The notes under the pieces: model-generated | The model's database searches: none | What the model saw: the letters and a program-made list of their open reading frames with translations, nothing else | What the model was told of the DNA's origin: nothing | Shown here: in pieces, positions 29,557 to 42,665 of the stretch | Layout: each line of letters begins with the position of its first letter | How positions within the stretch are numbered: the first letter of the stretch is position 1 | NCBI GenBank assembly: GCA_002269645.1 | Contig: NIVC01003828.1 | Location: 1 to 64,000 of the forward strand | DNA: 64,000 nucleotides | Reading direction: 5' to 3' | Origin: Macrostomum lignano | Taxonomy: Eukaryota | Translations under genes and position numbers: made by a program

Positions 29557-31085
29557 GGTCCTGAACTACCCATGAGAATCCGTCCTGAATCACCCATGAG
29601 AATCGGTCCTGAATCACCCATGAGAATCGGTCCTGAATCACCCATGAGAATCGGTCCTGAATCACCCATGAGAATCGGTCCTGAACTACCCATGAGAATC
29701 CGTCCTGAATCACCCATGAGAATCGGTCCTGAATCACCCATGAGAATCGGTCCTGAATCACCCATGAGAATCGGTCCTGAATTACACATGAGAATTGGTC
29801 CTGAATTACACATGAGAATCGGTCCTGAACTACCCATGAGAATCGGTCCTGAATCACCCATGAGAATCGGTCCTGAATCACCCATGAGAATCGGTCCTGA
29901 ATCACCCATGAGAATCGGTCCTGAACTACCCATGAGAATCGGTCCTGAATCACCCATGAGAATCGGTCCTGAATCACCCATGAGAATCGGTCCTGAATCA
30001 CCCATGAGAATCGGTCCTGAATCACCCATGAGAATCGGTCCTGAATCACCCATGAGAATCGGTCCTGAATCACCCATGAGAATCGATCCTGAATCACCCA
30101 TGAGAATCGGTCCTGAATCACCCATGAGAATCGGTCCTGAATCACCCATGAGAATCGGTCCTGAATCACCCATGAGAATCGGTCCTGAATCACCCATGAG
30201 AATCGGTCCTGAACTACCCATGAGAATCGGTCCTGAATCACCCATGAGAATCGGTCCTGAATCACCCATGAGAATCGGTCCTGAATCACCCATGAGAATC
30301 GGTCCTGAATCACCCATGAGAATCGGTCCTGAATCACCCATGAGAATCGGTCCTGAATCACCCATGAGAATCGGTCCTGAATCACCCATGAGAATCGGTC
30401 CTGAATCACCCATGAGAATCGGTCCTGAATCACCCATGAGAATCGGTCCTGAATCACCCATGAGAATCGGTCCTGAATCACCCATGAGAATCGGTCCTGA
30501 ATCACCCATGAGAATCGGTCCTGAATCACCCATGAGAATCGGTCCTGAATCACCCATGAGAATCGATCCTGAATCACCCATGAGAATCGGTCCTGAATCA
30601 CCCATGAGAATCGGTCCTGAATCACCCATGAGAATCGGTCCTGAATCACCCATGAGAATCGGTCCTGAATCACCCATGAGAATCGGTCCTGAACTACCCA
30701 TGAGAATCGGTCCTGAATCACCCATGAGAATCGGTCCTGAATCACCCATGAGAATCGCCCTGCACTACTCATGAGAATCGGTCCTGAATTACACATGAGA
30801 ATTGGTCCTGAATTACACATGAGAATCGGTCCTGAATCACCCATGAGAATCGGTCCTGAATCACCCATGAGAATCGGTCCTGAACTACCCATGAGAATCG
30901 GTCCTGAATCACCCATGAGAATCGGTCCTGAATCACCCATGAGAATCGGTCCTGAATCACCCATGAGAATCGGTCCTGAACACCCATGAGAATCGCCATG
31001 AATCACCCATGAGAATTGCCCTGAACTACCCATGAGAATCGCCCTGAACTACCCATGAGAATCGCCATGAATCACCCCTGAGAAT
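29557..31085. repeat. Highly homogeneous 24-bp minisatellite GGTCCTGAATCACCCATGAGAATC
   Basis: About 63 copies starting ~60 nt after the GADD45 stop; explains the 400-520 aa ORFs in the track. Confidence 0.97.
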
Positions 31086-31904
31086 CGCCTCCGGCTCAGC
31101 TTGAGCAGAACGGCTTCCTGTGCCATAAGATTAGGTCAATTGTTTTGCCTATATTATAAATGTGCCCTTCTTGATTTTACTGTTTTTTGTAAATCGTTTG
31201 CTACCTGTCTGCTTGTGTTTTACACTGTACATACCTGCGCTTGATAGCGGCTGAAAGCGCTTGCGTATTTTATAATTATCCTAATAATTAAAAAAAATTA
31301 AATTCATTGCGAACCGCGTGCCTTCCCAGTTCGGAAATCTGTTTTTTATCTAATTATGCAACAGGCAGGGTCTCAATAAAAGCATGTGGACAAATGGACG
31401 AATCTAAATATGAAATATGAATTTGAACGTTTAATTTATCTTGCGTTGCTAATTTCGGAATTTTCTTCTTTATATTTCTACTGCCCTCAGTAGCCTGATG
31501 CGCATATGCCCAGCTAAAAGCGGAGCGCCAATTGCTGGTGGCAGCTTACTAAAAATAGCAACAGACTCTCTCGTTCGGAAAACGATGCCCGAATTCTATT
31601 GCTTCGGTTTAGGCAGGCGGCATGCAAAATAGAATTGGACTGTTTTTAAGGATTCGCAATGCTGCAACAATGTCTTTATTATCTTTGATTTTGTTGTTTA
31701 TGGATTAATTTTTCTTTGTTAGTTCTTTATCTGTGCGTGACATGAAAATATTGTGTTTTCTAGATCTCCAGAAGCTCAACCAATCAGCGCCTAGCTAGAA
31801 TTCAATCGATTGAAGGGGGTTCAAAGAAGGTAGAAAGTCTTATCAATTAATGTACATCTAATTGTGTATGGTATACTTTCTCGCCCTAATTAATAAATGT
31901 CTCA

Positions 31905-32625
31905 CTGTATGTACGTGCTTTCCCCTCGCACACCGACCCCTCTGCATGTACATCTGTACGTACAGTGCTTTCCCCTCTCGCCCCAACCCCTAGCTACATG
32001 TACATCTGTACGTACAGTGCTTTCCCCTCTCGCCCCAACCCCTAGCTACATGTACATCTGTATGTACAGTGCTTTCCCCTCTCGCCCCAACCCCTCTGCA
32101 TGTACATCTGTACGTACAGTGCTTTCCCCTCTCGCCCCAACCCCTCTGCATGTACATCTGTATGTACAGTGCTTTCCCCTCTCGCCCCAACCCCTAGCTA
32201 CATGTAAATCTGTATGTACAGTGCTTTCCCCTCTCGCCCCAACCCCTCTGCATGTACATCTGTATGTACAGTGCTTTCCCCTCTCGCCCCAACCCCTAGC
32301 TACATGTAAATCTGTATGTACAGTGCTTTCCCCTCTCGCCCCAACCCCTAGCTACATGTAAATCTGTACGTACAGTGCTTTCCCCTCTCGCCCCAACCCC
32401 TAGCTACATGTACATCTGTACGTACAGTGCTTTCCCCTCTCGCCCCAACCCCTAGCTACATGTACATCTGTATGTACAGTGCTTTCCCCTCTCGCCCCAA
32501 CCCCTCTGCATGTACATCTGTATGTACAGTGCTTTCCCCTCTCGCCCCAACCCCTCTGCATGTACATCTGTATGTACAGTGCTTTCCTCTGCACTCCACC
32601 CCAACTGCATGTACATCTGTATGCA
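31905..32625. repeat. 52-bp minisatellite TGTACATCTGTACGTACAGTGCTTTCCCCTCTCGCCCCAACCCCTAGCTACA
   Basis: About 13-14 copies. Confidence 0.95.
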
Positions 32626-32962
32626 CAATTCTTTCCGCATGCTAAATTTAAATTCATGCTTTCCCGATGCTTAATAAAAACAACAGCTGCTCGATAAGAA
32701 GACAGATGGTAGGCTTTGAGCAACCGTCAGGTCAGCCATTCGACGCGACAGAGTTGGACGCTTAGTCACGCAATGATAAACAAAAACTGTTGGCAAATGT
32801 CTGATTTCCCATTTGTGATCCGACAGATGGTGACAGACGAATACGGGGGGGGGGCTACGCGGTGATGAAAGGCAAAAAAATTATCTGCTGCTTTTTCACG
32901 AATTGCTTTGTGCGTGGAAAATCGTCACAAAGGGTTTGTTGTGTTGCTTTTGTGCTTCTTCT

Positions 32963-33157
32963 TTAGCCTTTATATCGTTTGCCGGATGGTAGGTGATGGA
33001 TTTTTTTACATCTAATGGCTTCTTTTGATATAAGCTCGTAGATGCATTTATATGGATGTCCGACATGTGCTGAGATCATGCCCTCTTTCATACTGATATT
33101 TTGAGTGCACTGTACTGACCATAGACTATTTTGACTGGCGTGTGGCTGCGCCTTCAC
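32963..33157 (-). mobile_element. Possible MULE-type transposase C-terminal remnant
   Basis: MKEGMISAHVGHPYKCIYELISKEA loosely resembles the NxxEGxH...HPxIxxxIxxLxxE motif. Short and weak. Confidence 0.25.
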
Positions 33158-33656
33158 TCTATGAAGGTCCGATCAAGGACTTGGGCAACGCTTACGGAAA
33201 ATCAATAGAAACAAATCCCAGTTCAAAACATTCTGCCACCGAAGCAAGGTTTAGCCATAGACAAAATTTTCCCCAGTCTGAAATGAATTTCCGCTAGTTT
33301 TTTTAGAACTGGACTTTGATCAACATTGAACGTGAAAAGGTGTATTAAATTCCAGCACAAGGACCACTAAAGTCACTTCGTCACTTCGAATGACTTAAGT
33401 TGTCCTTGTTCCAGCAGCCAATGAAATTCATGGGGGGGGGGGAATATCCCAATTTTTAGGAAGCCTTGGCCATAGACTCTTTCAGGTGAGCCATCCTTTC
33501 TATTCCTTCATCCATGTGTAAACTCCCTGCAGTTCTTGAAGGTGGCTCTTTTTCTGTTAAATTTTGGGTGGCTGGATGAGAAATGTCTATGGGGGAAATC
33601 CAACATACATTGCTCAGAAAGTGAAATAAAGAAGGCGGTAGGCCTTCCTTTTCTAC

Positions 33657-33957
33657 ATGGGAATCCTACGGAAGCCTGAAATTCAAAATTACTGGGCTCG
33701 CCTTGCCAATTCCCATCGCCTCGCCAAGTTCCTCCTTGAACACAGCACTCTACTGCCGGCCGGGACCATTCGTTGCAACCGAGGCGTCCATGCAGATGCC
33801 GACGCCGGCACCATCGCATTGCTACAACTGTCAAAGTGTCAGACAGGAAGGCAAGCGGTTTGAAAACGCTAGTTCATGTACCTTGATTGACACATTCGGT
33901 ACCACGATGCAGAGATGCAATCGAAATGGCAGGAGCAAACGCACCATAAACATCTAG
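33657..33957 (+). mobile_element. Possible Merlin/IS1595-like transposase N-terminal remnant (frameshifted)
   Basis: AKFLLEHSTLL..IRC pattern loosely resembles AxxFLxExGLLxxxxxC. GC-rich patch with no splice context. Weak. Confidence 0.2.
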
Positions 33958-34234
33958 ATTAGAAAGTCAGAGCGCCTGTGGGGGCTCAGTAGTCAGCAGA
34001 ATCACCCAGTCTGTCTGACATTTTTTGAACTCGGGTCAGCCGGATTAACAGTTTTTTTTCGAAACTTCTAGAGACCTTTGAAGTCTGAAATCAGTGCCTG
34101 CCTTGCTACATGCAGTCAGTTAACAGCTTTTCGCTAAGTTCAGCACTTGCTTGGGTGTTGATGAGGAGGCCTGATACCTGAGCAGCATCCACTGTCGCAC
34201 TTTTCCCGATGATTTATTGATTCGCATCTCAAAA

Positions 34235-34710
34235 TCTCGCCTCCAATCCTCTCCCATCTCAAAATCTCTCAACTCCCATCCTTATCTCCCATCTCCATCT
34301 CCTGTCTCTCATCTCCCATTTTCACCTCCCATCTCTCATCTCCCATTTCTCAATTCTCATCCTCAGATCCATTCTGTCATCTCCCATCTTCATCTTCTAT
34401 CTTTCATCATCAATCTCTAATCTCCCATCCCTTAACTCTCATACTCAGATCCAATCTGTCATATCCTATCTGTCATCTCCCATCTCTCAACTCTCATCCT
34501 CATCTCCAATCTCTTATCTCCCATCTCTCATCTGACATCTCTCAACTTTCATCCCCAGTTCCAATATTTCATCTCTTATCTCTTAACTCCCATCGCTCAT
34601 TGTCAATATCCCATAGCTTACATCTCCGAAATCTAACTTTCTGTCTCTGATCTTCCATCTCTAATGTCTCGCATCCAGTCTTTCATCTCTTATCTCCAAT
34701 CTCACCCTAT
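34235..34710. repeat. Degenerate pyrimidine-rich low-complexity repeat (ATCTCCCATCTC-like)
   Basis: Recurrent ATCTC motifs. Confidence 0.8.
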
Positions 34711-35154
34711 TCCCCACCGGGCTGGCAATTAACAAAGGCGCAGTTGTCAAGTACTCAAGCCTTCAGTTTTATTTGCATTAATAAATTCTAGAAACGCGCG
34801 GATCGAATGAATAACAGTAAATGGACATTCGCCTGTCAGAAAATATTGCAGCCCTGGTTATTCGAGCAGTTCAAAGCGATTCCCAGGTTGCAATCGCTAA
34901 AGCAAGCAAAAGAAGCCAATAAAGAACGAAAAAGAAAAATCGGAACAAAAACAGAAGAACAGATTCGCATAGAGTCTTATTGTCAAAGTATTCTTGTCCT
35001 CGGAGTAGACTTGACAATTAAAATAGCTGTTTATGTGTACACGGCATTGTGGGGGTGAAAATAGTCTGACTTTATTGCGAACTCCAATTGAAAAAAAACG
35101 TTATTACACAGGTTAAAACAGAGTTTTCTTTAACTACGAGTTTGTCAAGCCAGT

Positions 35155-35700
35155 GTTGCTATAGCAACGTTCTTTGTTATTTTTAATGCGTAGGTTTATC
35201 ACCTTAGCAAAGGAGGCTGTTTGTTAAGGTACATGTAAGTAACAGGGCCTACAAACTGTTTTTACCTACTGAGATTTACCCTAGCAACGCGGGACTTTTT
35301 ATTTAGCTACGATGGTTACCATAGCAACCGGGGACTTTCTATTTAGCTACGATGGTTACCATAGCAACGCGGGACCTTTTATTTAGCTACGATGGTTACC
35401 ATAGCAACGCGGGACCTTATTTAGCTACGATGGTTACCATAGCAACCGGGGACTTTTTATTTAGCTACGATGGTTACCATAGCAACCGGGGACTTTTCAT
35501 TTAGCTACGATGGTTACCATAGCAACGCGGGACTTTATTTAGCTACGATGGTTACCATAGCAACGCGGGACTTTATTTAGCTACGATGGTTACCATAGCA
35601 ACGCGGGACTTTATTTAGCTACGATGGTTACCATAGCAACGGGGGAATTTTTATTTAGCTACAATTGTTACCTTAGCAACCGGGGACATTCTGTTTAGCT
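35155..35700. promoter_or_regulatory. 38-40-bp tandem array with nine perfect RFX X-box sequences (GTTACCATAGCAAC), plus a palindromic X-box at 35155
   Basis: X-boxes start at 35315, 35355, 35395, 35433, 35473, 35513, 35551, 35589 and 35627; variant at 35667; GTTGCTATAGCAAC at 35155-35168. They match the RFX consensus GTNRCC-N(0-3)-RGYAAC. Function not shown. Confidence 0.6.
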
Positions 35701-36149
35701 ACGGAGGTTACCTAGGAATCGTATTTCCTTACCAAGAGCGCTTTTGCCATTTAAGCCTGTAACAGCCAACTCAAGCCAATAAAATTTCACACGAAAGAGA
35801 ATTGCCTCCGTTGTAAGTTATAAACTTGTGCTGTAAAAAATCGTTGCTGCTGACAACAAAAAACATGGCGTGAACTGTACAGAGAAATAGGCGCAGCTTC
35901 AGTGAATGCAGATGATGTCTGTCCAATGACGCTCAATGACAAAATTGCGAGGCAAATTTACAAGAAGTATTTTAGTAAACACAGTCAACATGCGTATGAG
36001 GTTGCGTTTCAAGCTGGCGTGCTGTCAGCATGGTCTGATTCTCTATGGCTCCCCTAGAGTCAGTATTCATTTTGGTGTGGGATTCCCTATTTAATTTGGA
36101 ACTTCCCATTTATTTACTCCGACATTTATCCCTTCAATTTAGGATTCTC

Positions 36150-36420
36150 CTTGATTCAGGGTTCTAATTTAGGTTTTCCCCTTTGGGTTTGGGATTCTAA
36201 TTTTGGTTCTAATTTTGGTCTGGGACTCCCCTTTTTTGCTTGGGATTCTAATTTTGGTTTGGGATTCCCCTTTTGTTTAGGATTCTCTTTTGGTATGGGA
36301 TTCCCCTTTGGTTTGGGGTTCTCTTTTGGTTTGGGATTCCCCTTTGGTTTAGGATTCTCTTTTGGTTTAGGATTCTCTTTTGGCTTTGGATTCCCCTTTG
36401 GTTTGGAGTCTCTTTGGTTT
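36150..36420. repeat. 18-bp minisatellite (TTTGGTTTGGGATTCCCC-like)
   Basis: Tandem GGATTC(C/T)C cores. Confidence 0.85.
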
Positions 36421-36919
36421 TTAATTTTCCTTTATGGGGCGCTTTCCAACTCTCAATGTCATACAATGAGTTGATGTCACCAGGGCACAGACTTGGAGCA
36501 TTAACGCTCCTCAAGCTCCCAGACTAAGCTGGGTGATCTACTTTAGGGAGCTAGCTTGCCCAGATACTTTGCAAATGGCATTTTTGACGTTAATACGCGG
36601 AGGCTTGTCAGAGAGAAATGATAGATCACATACGCATGGCGACCTCTCAGACCTGGGGAGGTCAGGCAGGTGCACCTGTCCTAGCAGAGCATTGATGCGT
36701 GCGCAAAACCAAACAGGATTGAATTCTAACTAGCAGGTAGCAGGTAGCAGGTAGCAGGTGTGCTGGAATTTTAGCAAACAAACCGGCGAATTGGGAAAAA
36801 AAGAAAAAATTAAAAGCTATCAATTTAAAAAATATCTTCCTTTGCTAAACAGATCCCCATTTGCAATCCAGAAGTGGGATGGTTTACCTGTCTGGACAAC
36901 AAACGACTAAAAACGGGAT

Positions 36920-37620
36920 TTGCTGAATTAATCGAAACGGATTTCCCCCTACTAATCAAATGGATTTCCTTGTCTTATGAAATGGGATTTTCCCTTCTAA
37001 GCAAATAGGGAATTTTCCGTCTTAATCAGTGGGGATTCCCCGTCTTAATAAGTGGGGATTCCCCGTCTGAAACAGTGGGAATTCCCCGTCTAAAAGAGTG
37101 GGAATTCTCTTTCTAAGAAAGAGGGATTTTCCTGTCCAAGCAAATGGGATTTACCCTTCTAAAACAGTGAGGATTCCCCGTCTAAAAGAGTGGGAATTCC
37201 CTGTTTAACCCAGTGGGAATTCCCCGTTTAACCCAGTGGGAATTCCCCGTTTAACCCAGTGGGAATTCCCCGTTTAACCCCGTGGGAATTCCCTGTTTAA
37301 CCCAGTGGGAATTCCCCGTTTAACCCAGTGGGAATTCCCCGTTTAACCCAGTGGGAATTCCCCGTTTAACCCAGTGGGAATTCCCCGTTTAAACCAGTGG
37401 GAATTCCCCGTTTAACCCAGTGGGAATTCCCCGTTTAACCCAGTGGGAATTTCACGTCTAGAGCAGTGCAATTTTCCCTTCTAAGCAAGTGGAATTTTCC
37501 CTGCTAATCCTATGGGAATTTCCCTGTCTAAGCACCGGATTCCCAATTTTAATCCAGTGTATCTTCTCTGTTCAAGACAATCGGATTTTCTTGTTAGATA
37601 AAATGGGATTTGACCTTTCT
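36920..37620. repeat. 23-bp minisatellite GGGAATTCCCCGTTTAACCCAGT (homogeneous core 37190-37450)
   Basis: Tandem copies ending ~300 bp from the KLF stop. Confidence 0.92.
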
Positions 37621-37919
37621 AGGCCAATAGGAATTTCCTTTCTAAACTAAAATGGGACTAACCTCTCTACACTACAAGGAGCAATAGGGATAACCATATC
37701 AATCCAAACAGCTACATGTAAATACGGTGTCTACAAAAACAATTCGGAGCTACGAGCTATTTCCAGACAATCTGGTCACAACAATTAACCGATAGGTAAA
37801 ACATAGAATATTAAATAGCTACAAGTGAATAATATTTCATACTTCAAAACATTAGCCATTCAGGCAAAGGATGTTCAAGAATATTGAAAATCTCACGTAA
37901 AAAGAAATCACCAACGCCT

Positions 37920-40900
37920 TCACTGGTGCTTCTTCATGTGCAGCGACAGGTGGTCGGAGCGGCTGAACGCTCGCTTGCACACGTCGCACTGGAAAGGCCG
38001 GTCGCCCGTGTGCTTGCGGAAGTGCCGCGTCAGCTCGTCCGACCTGGCGAATCGCCAGCCGCAGCCGTGCCAGCCGCAGTTGTACGGCTTTTCACCCGTG
38101 TGCGTCCGCATGTGCGCCTTCAGGTGCGAGCTCTTGCTGTAGGCCTTGCTGCACCCGAGCTCCGGGCAGGAGTGCACTCCGCTGCGCTTGCCTGCGCCTG
38201 AGGCAAGTTTATTGCCGCGGTGCTTGACCTGCTTCTGCTGCTGCTGCTGCTGATTCCGCCGATGCTTCGCTCTGGGAGTGGGCGATTTGTCAGACATTGA
38301 AGCAGATTCTGCAACAAAAATTGTTGTTGTCGGCGGCGGCGGCGGCGGTGGCGGTGGCGCTTTGGGCGAGTTCAAGTATTCGAGCAGACTGTTGGGATCC
38401 TCAGGCCCTGCAGGCTGCTGGTAGCTGATGTATCCGGCTGCAGGTTGCCGCTGCTGGCACGGCGTCGCAGGCGGACTCATGCTGTCCAGCTGGAACAGGG
38501 TGCTCACGCTGGGCAGAGGCTCCGACTTCACCAGCTGCTGATACTGCGGGTTCGCCACGCTGCTGTACACAACCGGGACTTGGTGGCTCGCGAACCCGCT
38601 GGCTAGCACTACCTCGGAATCAGCTGGTTGTGCCAGCATCCCGCTGTGTTGATGAAGCTGAGGCTGCAGGTCTGAATGATCGATGATGAAGTCCAGATCC
38701 AGGAGGCCTTCGTCCTGGTTGCAGTTGCTGCTGTTTAGAAGCATCTGCTGCGAATGCTGATTGTGATGGTTGAGAGAGGCCTGCTGCTGCTGCTGCTGGC
38801 AGCACAGGCTGGTGGATTCGTAGTACAGCTGACTAGCCAGGTCGCTGACTGGGTCAAGGCAGGTGACCTGCGGGTGCTGCTGGTAGTGATGCTGGCTCTG
38901 GTGCACCAGGTTGAAGCTGCTGCGCACTGCGGAGGAGGCGCTGGAGGAGCCGCAGTGGCCGCGAATGGCGACAGCGCTGGGAGAGTCCGGGGAGCAGGAG
39001 GTGCTGCCGGAGTGGGCCGAGAGCGGGGACAGCTGCGGCGTGGGGAGCTGCGGGTGGGCGGGTAAGGCTGCTGTGTCTGCTGCTGTGTCTGCTGCTGTGT
39101 CTGCTGCTGTGTCTGCTGCTGTGTCTATCTGCTGCTGTGTCTGCTGTTGTGTCTGCTGCTGTGTCTGTCTGTCTGCTGTTAAGTCTGCTGCTGTATCTGT
39201 GTCTGTATGTCTGCTGCTGTTGTCTGTGTCTGCTGTGTCTGTGTCTGTCTGTCTGTCTGCTGTTAAGTCTGCTGCTGTGTCTGTGTCTGTCTGTCTGCTG
39301 CTGTGTCTGTCTGTCTGCTGTTAAGTCTGCTGCTGTGTCTGTGTCTGTCTGTCTGCTGCTGTGTCTGTCTGTCTGCTGCTAAGTCTGCTGCTGTGTCTGC
39401 TGCTGTGTCTGCTGTTGTGTCTGCTGCTGTGTCTGCTGTTGTGTCTGCTGCTGTGTCTGCTGCTGTGTCTGCTGTTGTGTCTGCTGCTGTGTCTGCTGCT
39501 GTGTCTGCTGCTGTGTCTGCTGCTGTGTCTGCTGCTGTGTCTGCTGCTGTATCTGTGTCTGTATGTCTGCTGCTGTTGTCTGTGTCTGCTGTGTCTGTGT
39601 CTGTCTGTCTGTCTGCTGTTAAGTCTGCTGCTGTGTCTGTGTCTGTCTGTCTGCTGCTAAGTCTGCTGCTGTGTCTGTGTCTGTCTGCTGCTGTGTCTGT
39701 CTGTCTGCTGCTGTGTCTGTGTCTGCCTGTCTGCTGCTGTGTCTGTGTCTGTCTGCTGCTGTGTCTGTCTGTCTGCTGCTGTGTCTGTGTCTGTCTGCTG
39801 CTGTGTCTGTCTGTCTGCTGCTGTTGTCTGCTGTCCCCTGAATTTTCTGTTGTGTCTGTCTGTCTGTCTGCTGCAATGTACTGTGATTATGGAACTTTAA
39901 AACACACCCTATTCTGGGGGAATAAAGCAAGGCATTGATCGGCAAATGCTCAACGGCCACGTGCAGCACACAACCGTGCATAGCGACTGCTCAACTGAAA
40001 TATGCAATGCAACTAATGATTACAATATTAATAATAGCTACAGTGGTCACTGTCCATGGATCGCATGGCTGCCGATTTAGGTATAACTGCAACTTAGTGA
40101 AAGCAAATAACAAAACCTCAGTGCCCTCCCGGCTGCACCTTCATCTTGTCGATGCAGTTAATCGATTGCGTGGGATCAGAAACTGCGCATATGGACACTG
40201 GGATATAGGGAACAGACTTGGGAAATGTGTGGGAAAACCTGACGAAGATGGGGCAACAATTTTGACGCTTCCATCCCTTCTGAAGCTTCTATTTCCCTCT
40301 CCTGAAGGTTCTCTTTCCCCTCTACTGAAGGTTCTCTTTCCCCTCTCCTGAAGCTTCTTTTTCCCTCTCCTGAAGCTTCTATTTTTCCTCTCCTGAAGCT
40401 TCTATTTCCCCTCTACTGAAGTTTCTATTTCCCCTCTACTGAAGCTTCTATTTCCCCTCTCCTGAAGCTTCTATTTCCCCTCTACTGAAGACTCTATTTC
40501 CCTTCTCCTGAGGCTCTTTTACCTTCTCCTGAAGGTTTTCTTTCCCCTCTCCTTAAGCTTCTATTTCCCCTCTACTGAAGTTTCTATTTCCCCTCTACTG
40601 AAGCTTCTATTTTCCCTCTACTGAAGCTTCTATTTCCATTCTCCTGAAGCTTCTATTTCCCCTCTACTGAAGCTTCTATTTCTCCTCTCCTGAAGCTTCT
40701 ATTTCCCCTCCCCTGAAGCTTCTATTTCCCCTCTCATGAAGCTTCTATTTCCCCTCTACTGAAGGTTCTCTTTCCCCTCTCCTGAAGGTTCTATTTCCCC
40801 TCTACTGAAGGTTCTATTTCCCTCTCCTGAAGGTTCTCTTTCCCCTCTACTGAAGGTTCTCTTTCCCCTCTCCTGAAGCTTCTTTTTCCCTCTCCTGAAG

Positions 40901-41850
40901 CTTCTATTTTTCCTCTCCTGAAGCTTCTATTTCCCCTCTCCTGAAGCTTCTATTTCCCCTCTACTGAAGGTTCTCTTTCCCCTCTCCTGAAGCTTCTATT
41001 TCCCCTCTACTGAGGCTCTTTTACCTTCTCCTGAAGGTTCTCTTTCCCCTCTCCTGAAGCTTCTATTTCCCCTCTCCTGAAGCTTCTATTTCCATTCTCC
41101 TGAAGCTTCTATTCCCATTCTCCTGAAGCTTCTATTTCCCCTCTCCTGAAGCTTCTATTTCCCCTCTCCTGAAGCTTCTATTTCCCCTCTCCTGAAGCTT
41201 CTTTTTCCCTCTCCTGAAGCTTCTATTTCCCCTCTCCTGAAGCTTCTTTTTCCCCTCTACTAAAGGTTGTCTTTCCCCTCTCCTGAAGCTTCTATTTTCC
41301 CTCTACTGAGGCTCTTTTACCTTCTCCGGAATGTTCTCTTTCCCTTCTCCTGAAGGTTCTATTCTCCCTCTACTGAGGCTCTTTTACCTTCTCCTGAAGC
41401 TTCTATTTCCCCTCTCCTGAAGCTTCTTCCCCTCTTCTGAAGCTTCTGTTTCTCCTCTACTGAAGCTTCTATTTCCCCTCTCCTGAAGCTTCTATTTCCC
41501 CTCTCCTGAAGCTTCTATTTCCATTCTCCTGAAGCTTCTATTTCCCCTCTCCTGAAGCTTTCGCTCCTGTGGTCCTGAAGTCCTCCATTCCGGCCCTGAG
41601 GACCCCGGACGCGCCGCCCTCCCCAGCTCACTCACCGGGATCATAGCGGAGAACTCCTCGTGCCGCGGGCTGCCGACCTGACCCCCAAACAGGTCGCAGT
41701 CGAACGAGGCTCCGCCGCAGACGGCTGAGTAGCACGAGCCGCTGCTTGAGGCCGCCACAGAGGACCCGGCGCAGAGGTAGGGACCGCCGCCTCCGACCTC
41801 TTCGCCGCAAATTCGAAACGGGGACTCCAGGGCTGCCTTGCTCCGAGTAT
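37920..41850 (-). CDS. KLF4: Kruppel-like factor, KLF1/2/4 subfamily. Exons 39047-37920 and (about 41850)-41636; 5' end uncertain
   Basis: Three C-terminal C2H2 fingers: [84 protein letters not shown]-terminal LLDLDFII motif as in KLF2/KLF4. Phase-0 GT-AG intron 41635-39048 joins AMIP|LPTPQ. Symbol indicates subfamily, not proven orthology. Confidence 0.9.
39066..39875. repeat. (TGTC/CTG)-type compound micro/minisatellite abutting the KLF acceptor
   Basis: TGTGTCTGCTGC and TGTCTGTC units. Confidence 0.95.
40270..41560. repeat. 23-bp minisatellite AAGCTTCTATTTCCCCTCTCCTG in the KLF intron
   Basis: About 55 copies ending ~75 nt from the KLF donor. Confidence 0.96.
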
Positions 41851-42334
41851 TATTGAATAGCCGGATTCAGCAGAGAAAACAAAACTGTTGTTAAGATTTA
41901 GGCAGTGAATGAGCGACAGATGAGGAACTGACCGGGGTTGAAGGAGAGCAGGTGAGCAACTGGTTCGATTCATTTCTCTTTATCAATACCTTGCCGACAC
42001 CCCCAAATCCCCGCTCCCTCCCTCTCTTACCCCCATCATCCTTTCTTCGCATCCTGTGCTCTCCGCTTACCAACCCCCTCCCCCCCCGAACTGAGGAGAT
42101 CCCCATAATGTCGGAGTTTCTGATATCGAATCTGAAGGCCACTGGCTGGGCTGGCACACCTGCGCCACAGGTGAATTTGACACTCAAATTTTGACGCTTT
42201 GAATTTATAAGTTCTCAAGTAAAACTTGAAATTATCGTTGACTGTGATGGCATGTGATAGAAACCTTTTCATTAACTGTTTGTGATGATATCATTGATGC
42301 CGATGAGAACATGAATGACGCTAAGATAAACAAC

Positions 42335-42373
42335 TAGACAGACAGACAGACAGGACAGGACAGGACAGGACAG

Positions 42374-42425
<52 letters not shown>

Positions 42426-42624
42426 CACAGGACAGGACAGGACAGGACAGGACAGACAGACAGGACAGGACAGGACAGGACAGACAGACAGACACACACA
42501 CAGGACAGGACAGGACAGACAGACAGACACACACACAGGACAGGACAGGACAGGACAGGACAGACAGACAGGACAGGACAGGACAGGACAGACAGGCAGA
42601 CAGGCAGGACAGACAGACAGGACG

Positions 42625-42665
<41 letters not shown>

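Noticed and set aside
29557-31085. CRISPR-like appearance of the regular 24-bp array
   Set aside because: Units are head-to-tail with no unique spacers, there are no cas genes, and the context is eukaryotic.
37884-39324. Plus-strand ORFs overlapping KLF
   Set aside because: Antisense shadows of the zinc-finger exon and the adjacent repeat.
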